Made by a program: the position numbers and the translations under genes
Notes under the pieces: generated by a model
What the model was told of the DNA's origin: nothing
What the model saw: only the letters and a program-made list of their open reading frames with translations
The model's database searches: none
Shown: positions 48,203 through 64,000 of the stretch, piece after piece
Layout of the letters: every line of letters starts with the position of its first letter
How positions within the stretch are numbered: the first letter of the stretch is position 1
Assembly: GCA_001179505.1 (NCBI GenBank)
Contig: CDMY01000304.1
Location: 1 to 64,000 of the forward strand
Length of the DNA: 64,000 nucleotides
Direction of reading: 5' to 3'
Source of the DNA: Vitrella brassicaformis CCMP3155
Lineage: Eukaryota; Protista; Chromerida

Positions 48203-50361
48203 ATGACGGACAACAAGTTCAGGGAGCACTTCTGGGAAGCTCCAAAGGAGTACTTCATCCCTTTCTGGTACCTGTGAGCCACACGCACACTCACAGATGG
48301 AATTGGACATACCGGTGTCTGTCCCTCGGTTCTCTCTCTGTCTACGTCCACTCGCTGTCTGCCTGTCAGGATCATATCGAGCGTGTGCATGGTTGTTTCC
48401 GTGGTAGTTGGCACTCTACAGTACCTGAAGCTCAGGAAAATCGGCAATGAAATCAGAAAGTGAGAACAAAGAAGAAAGGACCAACGACAAACGTTTTACA
48501 CGCACGGAAGTATGTCACACGTGTGTGTGTGTATGGTTGGTGTGTTTCTTGCTTTCTGCTCGATCAGACATCGGCAGGCTGTGTTCCTCCCTCGCAAGGT
48601 GGGTGGGGGGATGGGCAAAGGAAGGGTACACACACACCTGACCGACAGACAGACAGACAGGCAGACCGACAGACAGACAGAGAAGCAACCAGTGCTGCCT
48701 GCATGTGCTGTTTGTTTGTCGTGCGTGTGTTGTGTGTTGGTTTGGTTCTTCTGTCTGTTAGACACAGCTGTCCGTGGCAATGTCCAACCTCCCGCCGATC
48801 CTGGCTTTCCTCAACTGGTACTTTCCCGCCTGTCTACCATTGCACGAAGGAAGGGAAGGAGGCCTGCCGGCCTAGCAGCACTTGTTGTCTGTCTGTCTGT
48901 CTGTCTGTCTGTCGGCAGGGGCACATTAATGTTTCCGCACCAGAAGCTCACCTTCTGGGTGCTGTGTAACGTCTACATCGCACTGGTAAGACCGGCAAGA
49001 CACACACACACACACATTCTCTCTCGTTCTCTGCCATCGCGCACACGTGTGTGTGTGGAGTGTGTGCAGGCTTTGTATCGCTCCTGGGAGATGATCATCA
49101 TCTGTTTGGGAGGCCCTGAGCGGTTTGTGGAGCGTCTGAGAGGCAGGGGGCCCTACAGGGTCTACGTCGCCGTCCCTTGCTGCTGCTTCGGTGCACTGGT
49201 CAAGAAACGAGCATTCGGAGAGGTGAGCTGGCCATACCCTTACTCACAGAGAGACAGAGGGCATCTGTCTCTCTGGGGGCTTGGTTTGGTTTGCGTGTGT
49301 GTGCCTTGCGTTTTGTCGTTTCAGCTTGAGATGTGGGTGACCTACCTCTTTGTGGCCCAGCAGCTGTACGTTGGGCCCATCATGGCAATCATCAGGTCGC
49401 TCAACAGAGACAATGTGCTCGGACAGGTGGGGTGCAGCGGACACACACACACACACACACACACACCGGGATGGGATGCCTGTGTCCACCACTGCAGATC
49501 AGCAGCCCGATCAGCCTTTTGTCTACGCTGTTCGCCATGTATGGAGTGCACATTGTCTTCCGGGCCGCCAAGCCTTTCTTCATGAAGCAGCTCCACGACG
49601 CGGCAGGTGTGTGGGTGTGTGGGCGGGCTGGCCAGCGACACACGCCTGCGCATGACTGTCCGTCCGCTGTGTTTGGGTGGGCAGGACCTCGGTTCTGGGT
49701 GGTCAAGTCGACGGTAGTGCTGATGCGGCTGACCGAGCTGATCTGCAATATCAATGGGGTCGCCCAGGGCTTCCCTAACACGGTCTACACGCCGGTACGT
49801 GGGGACGTATGCGTGTGGCCGCAGAGCCATACACATACATCATGATGTGTGTGTGTTCATTGCTCATTGATTCAATGGCATGTGTGTGCCCTTCACTCTC
49901 ACTGAAGGAGGTGATGGGTGTGATGTGGTCGGCCGTCTTCATCAGTGTGTGGTGTGCCATCATCACCTGCCTCTCCTACTTCTTCTTCGACGCGCGGGAC
50001 CTCAACATACTAGAGGTGTTGCAGAAGAAAACGTCCACACACGAGGCCCTCTGAGTGTCTGTCTTTCTGGATGGATGGATGGATGTGTGTGTGTGTATGT
50101 GTGAAGGTTGAGACGAATCGCTTTCCGTCTGAGAGTGTGAAGAACTCGATGACGCCCACGGGCTACATGGAGGCGCCACAGCACACAGAGGAGAGAGGCG
50201 GTGAGCCACACATTATAGTGGACGGAGCCACCAATGCCAATGCCCCAGCAATTGTGAGGGACAACCAGACCACCTCCACCACCGCCACAACGACGGCACA
50301 AGACGACAACGCACACAGCCGGGAAGGCTCTTACGGCACCATGGGGGACACATCACTGTAG
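48203..50361 (+). CDS. Organic solute transporter alpha (OST-alpha/TMEM184) family multi-pass protein
   Basis: About 10 hydrophobic exons; VYVAVPCCCF Cys cluster; FVAQQLYVGPIMAII; STLFAMYGVHIVF; RFWVVKSTVVL; MWSAVFISVWC..SYFFF.RDL; disordered tail ending GDTSL*. Confidence 0.8.
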
Positions 50362-50962
50362 CCAGGACAGGCAGCGTGTCTGTCTCTCTCTCCTCTTTAT
50401 CCAAGGTAAGTGTACGCGATGATCGCAGGCCTAACTGTCTTTGCAGTTTTTTCCCAGTCCGTCTAGTCTTTTTGATGTGTGTGTGTGTGTGAGTGTGTGT
50501 GTGTGAGTGAGTGAGTGAGTGGAGCGTCTTTATTTATGTCACATGACTGACAATTGTGAGATGGAGTGTGCAGGTAGATAGGTGCACATGAGTGATGCTG
50601 GGCGAGTGAGTAAATAAACAAAGTGCGCGTGTGTCACGTGTCTATGTGCTGGGTGATCGATCTTTTGGTGCCCTCATGCAGCCAGCCGAGGGCAACCAGT
50701 AGTAGACGCCTGTTGAGCACAGGCGTGCATGCAGCCCTTCTCTTCGTCCTTGTACGAAGCGCGCCGAGACCTCCAGAGGCCTTTTGCATGTTTAGTGTGT
50801 CGGCGGGTCGTGCAGAAGGCCGGATAAGGAAGAGTGAGTGTGGCTTTCCAATGCGGGACCACAAAATTTACGCCGCAAGCCAAACCCAGGAGGTCCGCCT
50901 TCACGCGTTTACAGGAAAGATTTCTGTCCCTGACGAGACCGTCTGCCATTTTCCTGCGCACG

Positions 50963-52682
50963 ATGGCCGAGCTCACTCGTGTTGACGTGACGTCCCGCTT
51001 CGACAACCACATCGTCACGCTGCTGGAGGGCCTCGACGCCCAACGGACCGAGGTGGCCTCGGCATACGACTTCAACAAGCTGCTGAGCGACCACGGTGGG
51101 TGTGACGGCGCGGCCTCCGGTGACGACCAGCTGCAGCTCAACGTGGGCGGCCGCCTGTTCGAGGTCCGCCGCAAGCACCTCACGAGCGTCAAGGACACAC
51201 TGCTGGGCGCACTGTTCGGCGGCCGCTGGGACAGTCGCCTCATCCCGCTCGACGGCCACGGACAGCAGGCCCAGAGGGTGTTCGTCGATGTGTGCCCTCG
51301 CGCCTTTGAGGTGGTTCACGAGGCGCTGCTGGAGGGGAAGCCGGTGGTCGACCAGCTCATGGCCGACGCAAAGACGCGCAACTACCAAGGTGACCCAATG
51401 GCGCACACACATGGCAGGCAGGCAGACAGGCGCTTGCGCAATTTGTTCTCTTTTCACCTGAGTCCGTGTCTGTGTGCAATTACTGTCTGGTCGGTTGGGT
51501 GTGCAGGTCTTCACGACTTCTACATTGCACTCTTCCGCCCATCCAGAAGCCCTTCGCCGACGTGCCTGAGGCCGACGTGCGCAACGAGGTGACTGTGACG
51601 ACATCGGGAGAATCCGGAGCGCTGGGAGCTTTCATCGGCACTATGCAGAACTTCATCGCGGCATACCAAGCCCGGCAGAAGGAGATCGACACGCAGCGGC
51701 AGGAGCTGATGCTGCAGCATGGAGAGCTCACCAACGAGATCAAAGTAGGACACAGAGAGAGAGAGAGAGAGAAGGCACGTCTGTCTGTCTGTCTGTCAGG
51801 CCGTCACCCCCTTCTTTGCGCCTCTGATGGGGGCCGACCCCATCAGGTCAGTGAGTGTGTGCGGCCACAGCATCTCGACGGTGCAGTCCACTCTCGACAA
51901 CATGGGCTGCATCGCGCTCTCCAATCGCTTCGACATGTACGCAACCACACCACACCACACCAGACCACCCCCCCATCGATGGCATCCCTTGCTCCCACCT
52001 CCCATGTGCCATCGATGCGATTAGGTGGCCGTCTCCCATCGAGGACGTGCCTGTCGACCACATCGGGAGGCTCATCGACTACTACCGCCGCAAGCGGCAC
52101 GCGGCCTCCCTCACCGACACCCAGCTGCTGGGCGGCGTGCGGATGCCGCTGCTGGTGGACGGCGCGGCCAGGCAGGAATCGTTCAACAAGACGGCGGCCA
52201 TGTACGGCGTCGAGACGCACAGGTCAGCCAAAGGCAGGAGCGATCGCCGAGTAATCGATGATCCCTTCCCTCTCTCTCTCTCTCTCTCTGTTTTGCTCTG
52301 CTCTCTCCTCTCAGCAAGCCCGTTGGCCAGCTGCTGGAGGAGAAGTCTGAGGAAGGCACGTGTGTGCTCTGCCTCGACAGACCCCCCACTGTCGTCTATT
52401 TCCCATGCAAAATGGTACGCACGCACACACACACACACACACACATATACACGGAGGAATGTGTGTGTCTGTCCCTTTGCCTGCCTGGCTGCCTGCCTGC
52501 AGCAATGCGTGTGCGCGGCGTGCCATGAGCGGCTGCTGCAGCGCGTGCCCCGAGCAGCTCGGCCGGGGAGCGGCAGCAGGGCCGGGTCGCTCTACCGCGA
52601 TCATCACGGCCTCAGATGTCCCGCCTGCCGCTCTGTGGTGGAATACGCGACAGAGATCGACGGCGCTCGCAGGACGGCCTAG
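50963..52682 (+). pseudogene. BTB/KCTD (x2) + C-terminal RING protein with an apparent frameshift
   Basis: LQLNVGGRLFEVRR...LLGALFGGRWDSR...RVFVDVCPRAFEVV; second unit IRSVSVCGHSISTVQSTL...IGRLIDYYRRKR...AAMYG; RING CVLCLDRPPTVVYFPCK|QQCVCAAC...CPACR. Frame break at ~51538. Confidence 0.75.
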
Positions 52683-54014
52683 TGAATGATGCGACTGACT
52701 GATGCGTACGGGGGGGTGGGGTGGACGGGCGGTGCATTGCGTTTGTGTTTGTGGCGAGAGGGGTAGCCACACACACACACACACACTGCATGCCCGTGTG
52801 TGTGTTGCGGGGGAAGAGAGTGTTTCTTTTGCGTCGCCTACACATGACATGTGGCCATCCATACACAGCTGAACACACTACACTACCCACTGTCCGTACT
52901 CGTCTCTCTGTTCTGTGTGTGTGGGCGTGTCGAATCAGAGACGCTTTTGTGCATACCTGCATCAGCATCGTGTGTGGTGGCTGGCTTTGTGTGTATCATC
53001 ATCTCTCTGGTAGAACAATACGCCTGTCTCTCATCTAGGGCGTTCCGCCCCTTCACCAAAAAACCATCCATATGCACAATCTGATGTGAGTCCCTTTTGA
53101 TGTGTGGAGGGAGGGGCTGAGTGCGCAGGTAGACAGGTGGTGGTGCCGAGTGAGCGAACGAGATATGCTCACGTGTGTGTGCGGTGCCATTATGGTGCCC
53201 TCAGCAAGCCGACAAGAGAAGGGCACGGCCATGTAGAAGGGTGTGGTGTGTATGTGGGAATTGCATTGCATGGTGATAACACGAGAGAGAGAGAGAGATG
53301 CGAATCAATCCAATCACCACCAAGTCGTTTTTCTGCACACTTGCGTGCGGTGGGCTGGGCTGTGGCTTTGCGAGTACACATGCATATTCATGACCTGTGG
53401 GGCAGACAGGCCAGGCCGAGCACATCCATTCATCCACACACACACATGTCGCCGGGTGTCGGCGGTCTGCCAGGCCAGCTCTTTTCATTCATCTGAACTT
53501 GGTGAGTGACGACTGACTGGTGTGGGGTGGTTCGTTGTCGCTCTCCTCTCGTCGGTGCCGTAGAGGCCGCCCATAATGCGACAGCGTCACCTTCACTCAC
53601 TGTGACACTTACTGTTGCATTCGGCAGCGTGTACAGTCCAATGTGATGTGTGTGGAGGATGCCGACCGACGGCCGACAGACGGACAGTCACTTGCTTCAT
53701 ATCGATAAGTCAACGAATTTGGCGGCATGGCATGTGGCACACACACAACGGTCAACACGGGAGTGTCATCCTGGCCTCCGTCCATTCCATCATCGCTTGA
53801 CCATCATGCCCCTGACCTGACACATCGCTCTCCAGCTTGTTCGGGCCAGAGGTGAGTGTCACGCTGAGGGTGCGATGGAAAAGCAACAACGACAGGAGGA
53901 CGTCCACTCTCACACACCAAGACACTGGAGAACAAACCGCCCCTCGCTCCCATACTGATCTGACCCAACTAGTCAGTTGCATCACAGCACACCAGACCGC
54001 ACCACATCAGTCAG

Positions 54015-57000
54015 TCAGTCCAACTCAATGCACTCGCCATCCACACCACCACCACCCGCCGCGCTGCTCCCACCACCGCCACCCCCGGCCGCCTTTCTGT
54101 CTGCCATCCTCTTGAGCAACGCGTCCATCGGCCCTGACACACACACCGTCGCAGCATCCTGGTTCCGCTTGCCGCCCTTCTTGCCTCTCTTGGGCGCTGG
54201 CTGCTTTGGCTGTGCGGCGGCCGATGATTGGGGCAGCTGACGCTTCTGGGGGAGAGGGAGGGGGAGGGAGGGTTGGAGAGAGGCCGACGAGGGTGCCGGT
54301 TGGCAGGGGCTGGACGAGCATGACGGCGGCTGTGGCTGTGGGTGGTTGACGTCGACATCCTCCTCCCATTCCTCCAGGTCGATTATGTCGGGCAGCAGCA
54401 GCTGGTTGCCGGGGTGGTCATCTCCGGCTGGCGCGTCAGCGTTATCGCCCATCTGGTCAATCTGATCCATCTGCTCGTCGTCCTCGATCTCGATGCTGAT
54501 ATCCCCCACCTCACTGGCTTTGCCCTTGCCGCCCTTCTGCTTCTGCTGCTGCTGCAGGAAGTAGTCAATGGTGCCCTTGGGCGCCTCCCTCTCCTCGCCA
54601 TCAGGCCCGGTCCCGCCAAACACATGAGTGAGGTTGGCGCACTTGATGCCCAAAAGGCGGATGGCCGGAGGGGCCTTGGTGTCGTCCTGCACAGAGGGGG
54701 TGCGTGAGGGGGGGCGAGGTTGCGGTTGGGGGAGGGAGGGGGGCTTGGGAGTGGCGGGGGGCGGGGCGNNNNNNNNNNNNNNNNNNNNNNNNNNNNNNNN
54801 NNNNNNNNNNNNNNNNNNNNNNNNNNNNNNNNNNNNNNNNNNNNNNNNNNNNNNNNNNNNNNNNNNNNNNNNNNNNNNNNNNNNNNNNNNNNNNNNNNNN
54901 NNNNNNNNNNNNNNNNNNNNNNNNNNNNNNNNNNNNNNNNNNNNNNNNNNNNNNNNNNNNNNNNNNNNNNNNNNNNNNNNNNNNNNNNNNNNNNNNNNNN
55001 NNNNNNNNNNNNNNNNNNNNNNNNNNNNNNNNNNNNNNNNNNNNNNNNNNNNNNNNNNNNNNNNNNNNGGGGCCGTGACGCCATGTGTGTCGATGTATTT
55101 GCTGAAGGCCCTCTGTGCGCCAGCGTCGATGTCGTCGGCCTCGTCGGTGCTGCGGGAGAGCGGCATCGCCAGCTGCTTCACCTGAATTGCAAGACACACA
55201 CACACACACACAGGGAGAGGTATGGAGACTGAGTGAGTGTCCCACCCACTGAGTCTGCACACCTTGAAGTCGGCCGTCTTGACTTTGAGCGTGATGTGTC
55301 TGCTCCTCATGAAATGCGATTTCAGATCCTCTGCAGAGATGAGCCCGACCACAGTCGACAACAACTCCAATGTGCTGCGGCGTGTGTGCGTACCAGCTAG
55401 GCTCTCGGCGATGTCTCTGAGCTTTTCCTCGAGAAATTTCCGATCTTGGGTCGCTCGGAAGGTCCGCTCGCAGCTGAATGACTTGCGCTCTGACGCCCGG
55501 CCCTCGCCGTCGATGCCCATGGCCGCACGCAGCAGAAACTGGGTCGACTTGTCGCTACACGCCTGCAGCAGCCATACCAATGATGCATTGACTGCATCAT
55601 CATCATCAAGAATTGGCATTCCTGGGAGTCTTTCTCCTACACACACACCTGTGTGATGAGGACGGCATTGTCGAGGATGTCGCGGCAGGTCTTGATGTTG
55701 AGCGCCTCCAGCTTGTGCTCACCCACCTGTAAGCACAACACACACACAGAAACAAAGGGACGCTCGAATGCATCCATCCATCCATCCACTTCTGGCGCAG
55801 AGAGAGGCCGGCTGACGTAGGTACCTTGCCCACACCGGGTATCTTGCGCACACTGAGGCTGTCCATGAAGCCCGCTGCATCACGCTCCTCGATGATCGTC
55901 TGACCTGATTGATCGGTGAGCACATGGCACAGGGAGTGTCAGCAGCAGCCCATTGGGGACCCACTCGGTGTATTGTGGTGCGCACCATTGGGCTTGTTGA
56001 AGTCCGATGCGATCTTGGCCATCATGCGGCCGGGAGCGATGCCTGCGCTCGCCGTCAAACCTCTCGTGGCCTCAGTGATCCTGATAACAAAGCGAGGGGC
56101 GCAGCAGCGGTGCCCATGACAGGTGTGGGTGTGCCTGGTGGGGTGGGGTGGGTGCGATGTTCACTTTTCGCGGATCTCTGTGGCGACCTTGACCCTTCCC
56201 TCGTGGCTGTCCAAATCATTCTCCCTGTGGGCAGCCCACGGACACGTTCAAAATGGCAGAGTGGCTTTCTGTGTGGGTGGTCACTTGAGGTAGTCAGTGA
56301 GGTTGAGGAAGGCCTCGTCGAGCGAGCCCATCTTCAGGTGAGGGTCAAACTCCGACAACACCTGCACACACACACAGCCGGGCGCGCGGGTGTCGTGTCT
56401 GTCTGCCTGCTGGGTGCCCTGCCCACCCTTCGCACGGTCATGGACTCTGCTTGGTACTTCTGCATGTTGCCGCTGCAAAGACACAAGGGCACAGACAGAC
56501 AGACAGGCTGCGTCCTCGCTGTCCGCCGCATCAGGCAATCCTTGTTGCCATGGCCTTACCCGACGAAGACGAGTTCTGCGCCTTGATCTGCGCATAGCTT
56601 CTTGCCGATGAAGCCGGGCATGGCCGCCCGCACCCCGTACCGCCGTGCGACGTAGTTGGCGGTGCAGATCATGCCGGGGCCGCCCACCGCCACCGGCTTA
56701 TCCTTCAGAGATGGGTCGTCGCGGATCTCGACTTCATAAGGGAAGCAGGACGACACACAGAGGTGACGATGTGATGTGCGTGTCGTGCTGTGTGTTTTGA
56801 CGTACGTACCGGCGCAGTAAAACATGTCCATGTCTACGTGGCACCACCATGAGCCCCTCTTGCTCTCCCTCTCCTTCTCCAGACGCTGCAGCACCCCACG
56901 CACCGACTGCTCGGCCTTCAGGCGCATCTCGGGCTGGGAATTGCTAAGAGGGAGGGAGCCACACACACGGACACTCATACGCACCACCACACTGCAGGCG

Positions 57001-57402
57001 AGCACCACCATTCCCACCCAGTACCGATAAGCCTCTAGGTGTGCCTTCATTCTGTCGATGTCCTCCTTGCGGTTATCGTCTTTGCGCTGTTCGTTCTTGA
57101 AGTAGCTGCTGTTCTTGGACATCTCATAGATGGTCTGGTTGGCCTTCTCGCGGTCCACCTTGTCCATCCCTGCACACACCACAAGGGACACACATCACAT
57201 GACCTGTCATTCAGGAAGATCTCACATGAGGCGCTGCACCACCGTGGTGAGAATTCTCACCGGCCTTATTGTTTGTGAAGTTGAACAGATGGTGGTAGTC
57301 CTTCTCCGCTTGGCCATATAGAGGGCCGCCATCAGCGGCAGCAGTGCTGCTCGGCGGCTGACGTGACGAAGTCGGCTGTTCTGCAGCGCCCTCCTTCGCC
57401 AT
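54015..57402 (-). CDS. POLK: DNA polymerase kappa (Y-family, DinB)
   Basis: NKA|GMDKVD...[11 protein letters not shown] (N-clasp); [28 protein letters not shown]; [24 protein letters not shown]; [10 protein letters not shown]; [20 protein letters not shown]; VRKIPGVGK; [10 protein letters not shown]; [10 protein letters not shown]; IRLLGI. Confidence 0.97.
54769..55068. other. Assembly gap (300 N) inside POLK at a G-rich tract
   Basis: N run flanked by G-rich sequence. Confidence 0.99.
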
Positions 57403-57599
57403 GATGCTACAACAGCTACCAACTAGAGGGAGTCCTCCTTTCTTGAGTTTCCCTTCGCAGCAGCGGTTTCATGGAGCACCCTAGGCGGCCTGACGGCCAA
57501 GTTCTACGCTCGCCCTCCAAACGACCCTCTCCACACAGTTTCCCTATGCTCACGGTTGCTTCAATGCGCCACCAACACCTTCCACACACTCGCCGTAAA

Positions 57600-57623
57600 T
57601 TGCGAGCTTTTTTGCGAGCTTAG
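57600..57623 (+). promoter_or_regulatory. Tandem TTGCGAGCTT x2 in the divergent POLK/CHD1 promoter
   Basis: Copies at 57600-57609 and 57612-57621, between ATGs 57402 (-) and 57901 (+). Confidence 0.55.
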
Positions 57624-57900
57624 AAAGTTTTTAGGACGAATGGAGTGATGAGGAGAACGGGACCGACCATGAGTAGCAATCCGGCATCTTTGACAAACCG
57701 AGGTGATAAGCTCCAACCTCGACGAGTCCCACTCTGTCCGAGAGCAGTTTTGACATCCGCTCGCGGATTCTGACCTTGGCTGTCCTCTCATCGCACTCAC
57801 TCGGCGTCGAGTGACAGCACACGGCGTGTCATTGCTTCCCAAGCCCGCTGCATCCCTTGTGTCTCCCTCCCGCTGCTGATCCACGTGTGAGTCGCCAACC

Positions 57901-64000
<6,100 letters not shown>

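Noticed and set aside
47989-48447. 152-aa minus-strand ORF
   Set aside because: Antisense shadow of the OST-alpha promoter and first exons.
52690-54000. Hidden ncRNA or gene between the BTB-RING and POLK 3' ends
   Set aside because: Only microsatellite-rich UTR or intergenic sequence; no tRNA, snRNA or coding signal seen.

Overview
Intron-rich, GC-rich eukaryotic DNA whose introns are full of (GT)n/(CA)n, (TCTG)n and (GATG)n microsatellites. This style, the BTB-TLDc/BTB-RING family members and an apicomplexan-type NDH2 point to a chromerid alveolate, most likely Vitrella brassicaformis (inference). All family calls come from hand translation, hand splicing and recalled motifs; no searches were run. 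Recognisable genes, in order: secreted type-B carboxylesterase, TMEM138, urease accessory UreF, coiled-coil RING E3, CBP20/NCBP2, BTB-SPRY, THUMP-family RNA methyltransferase, an MDC1-like FHA + tandem-BRCT protein, type II NADH dehydrogenase, OST-alpha/TMEM184 transporter, DNA polymerase kappa and CHD1 (runs off the right edge). Accessory material: a dead CRE-clade RT/RLE non-LTR retrotransposon, several lesioned paralogs and four fixed 300-N gaps. Best leads: (1) a decayed cluster at 42.9-47.4 kb where a Cj0069/DUF6815-like ATP-grasp domain lacking its catalytic Glu is fused in frame to PPR repeats; (2) a full-architecture MDC1 homolog with an N-terminal TQ site; (3) a TGCGA(G/A)CTT motif about 100-290 bp upstream of several conserved genes; (4) an 807-bp inverted duplication around the BTB-SPRY gene resembling a staggered-break inversion; (5) a GT-AG-bounded insert made of antisense coding-like DNA in one paralog only. 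No rRNA, tRNA or CRISPR array was seen.
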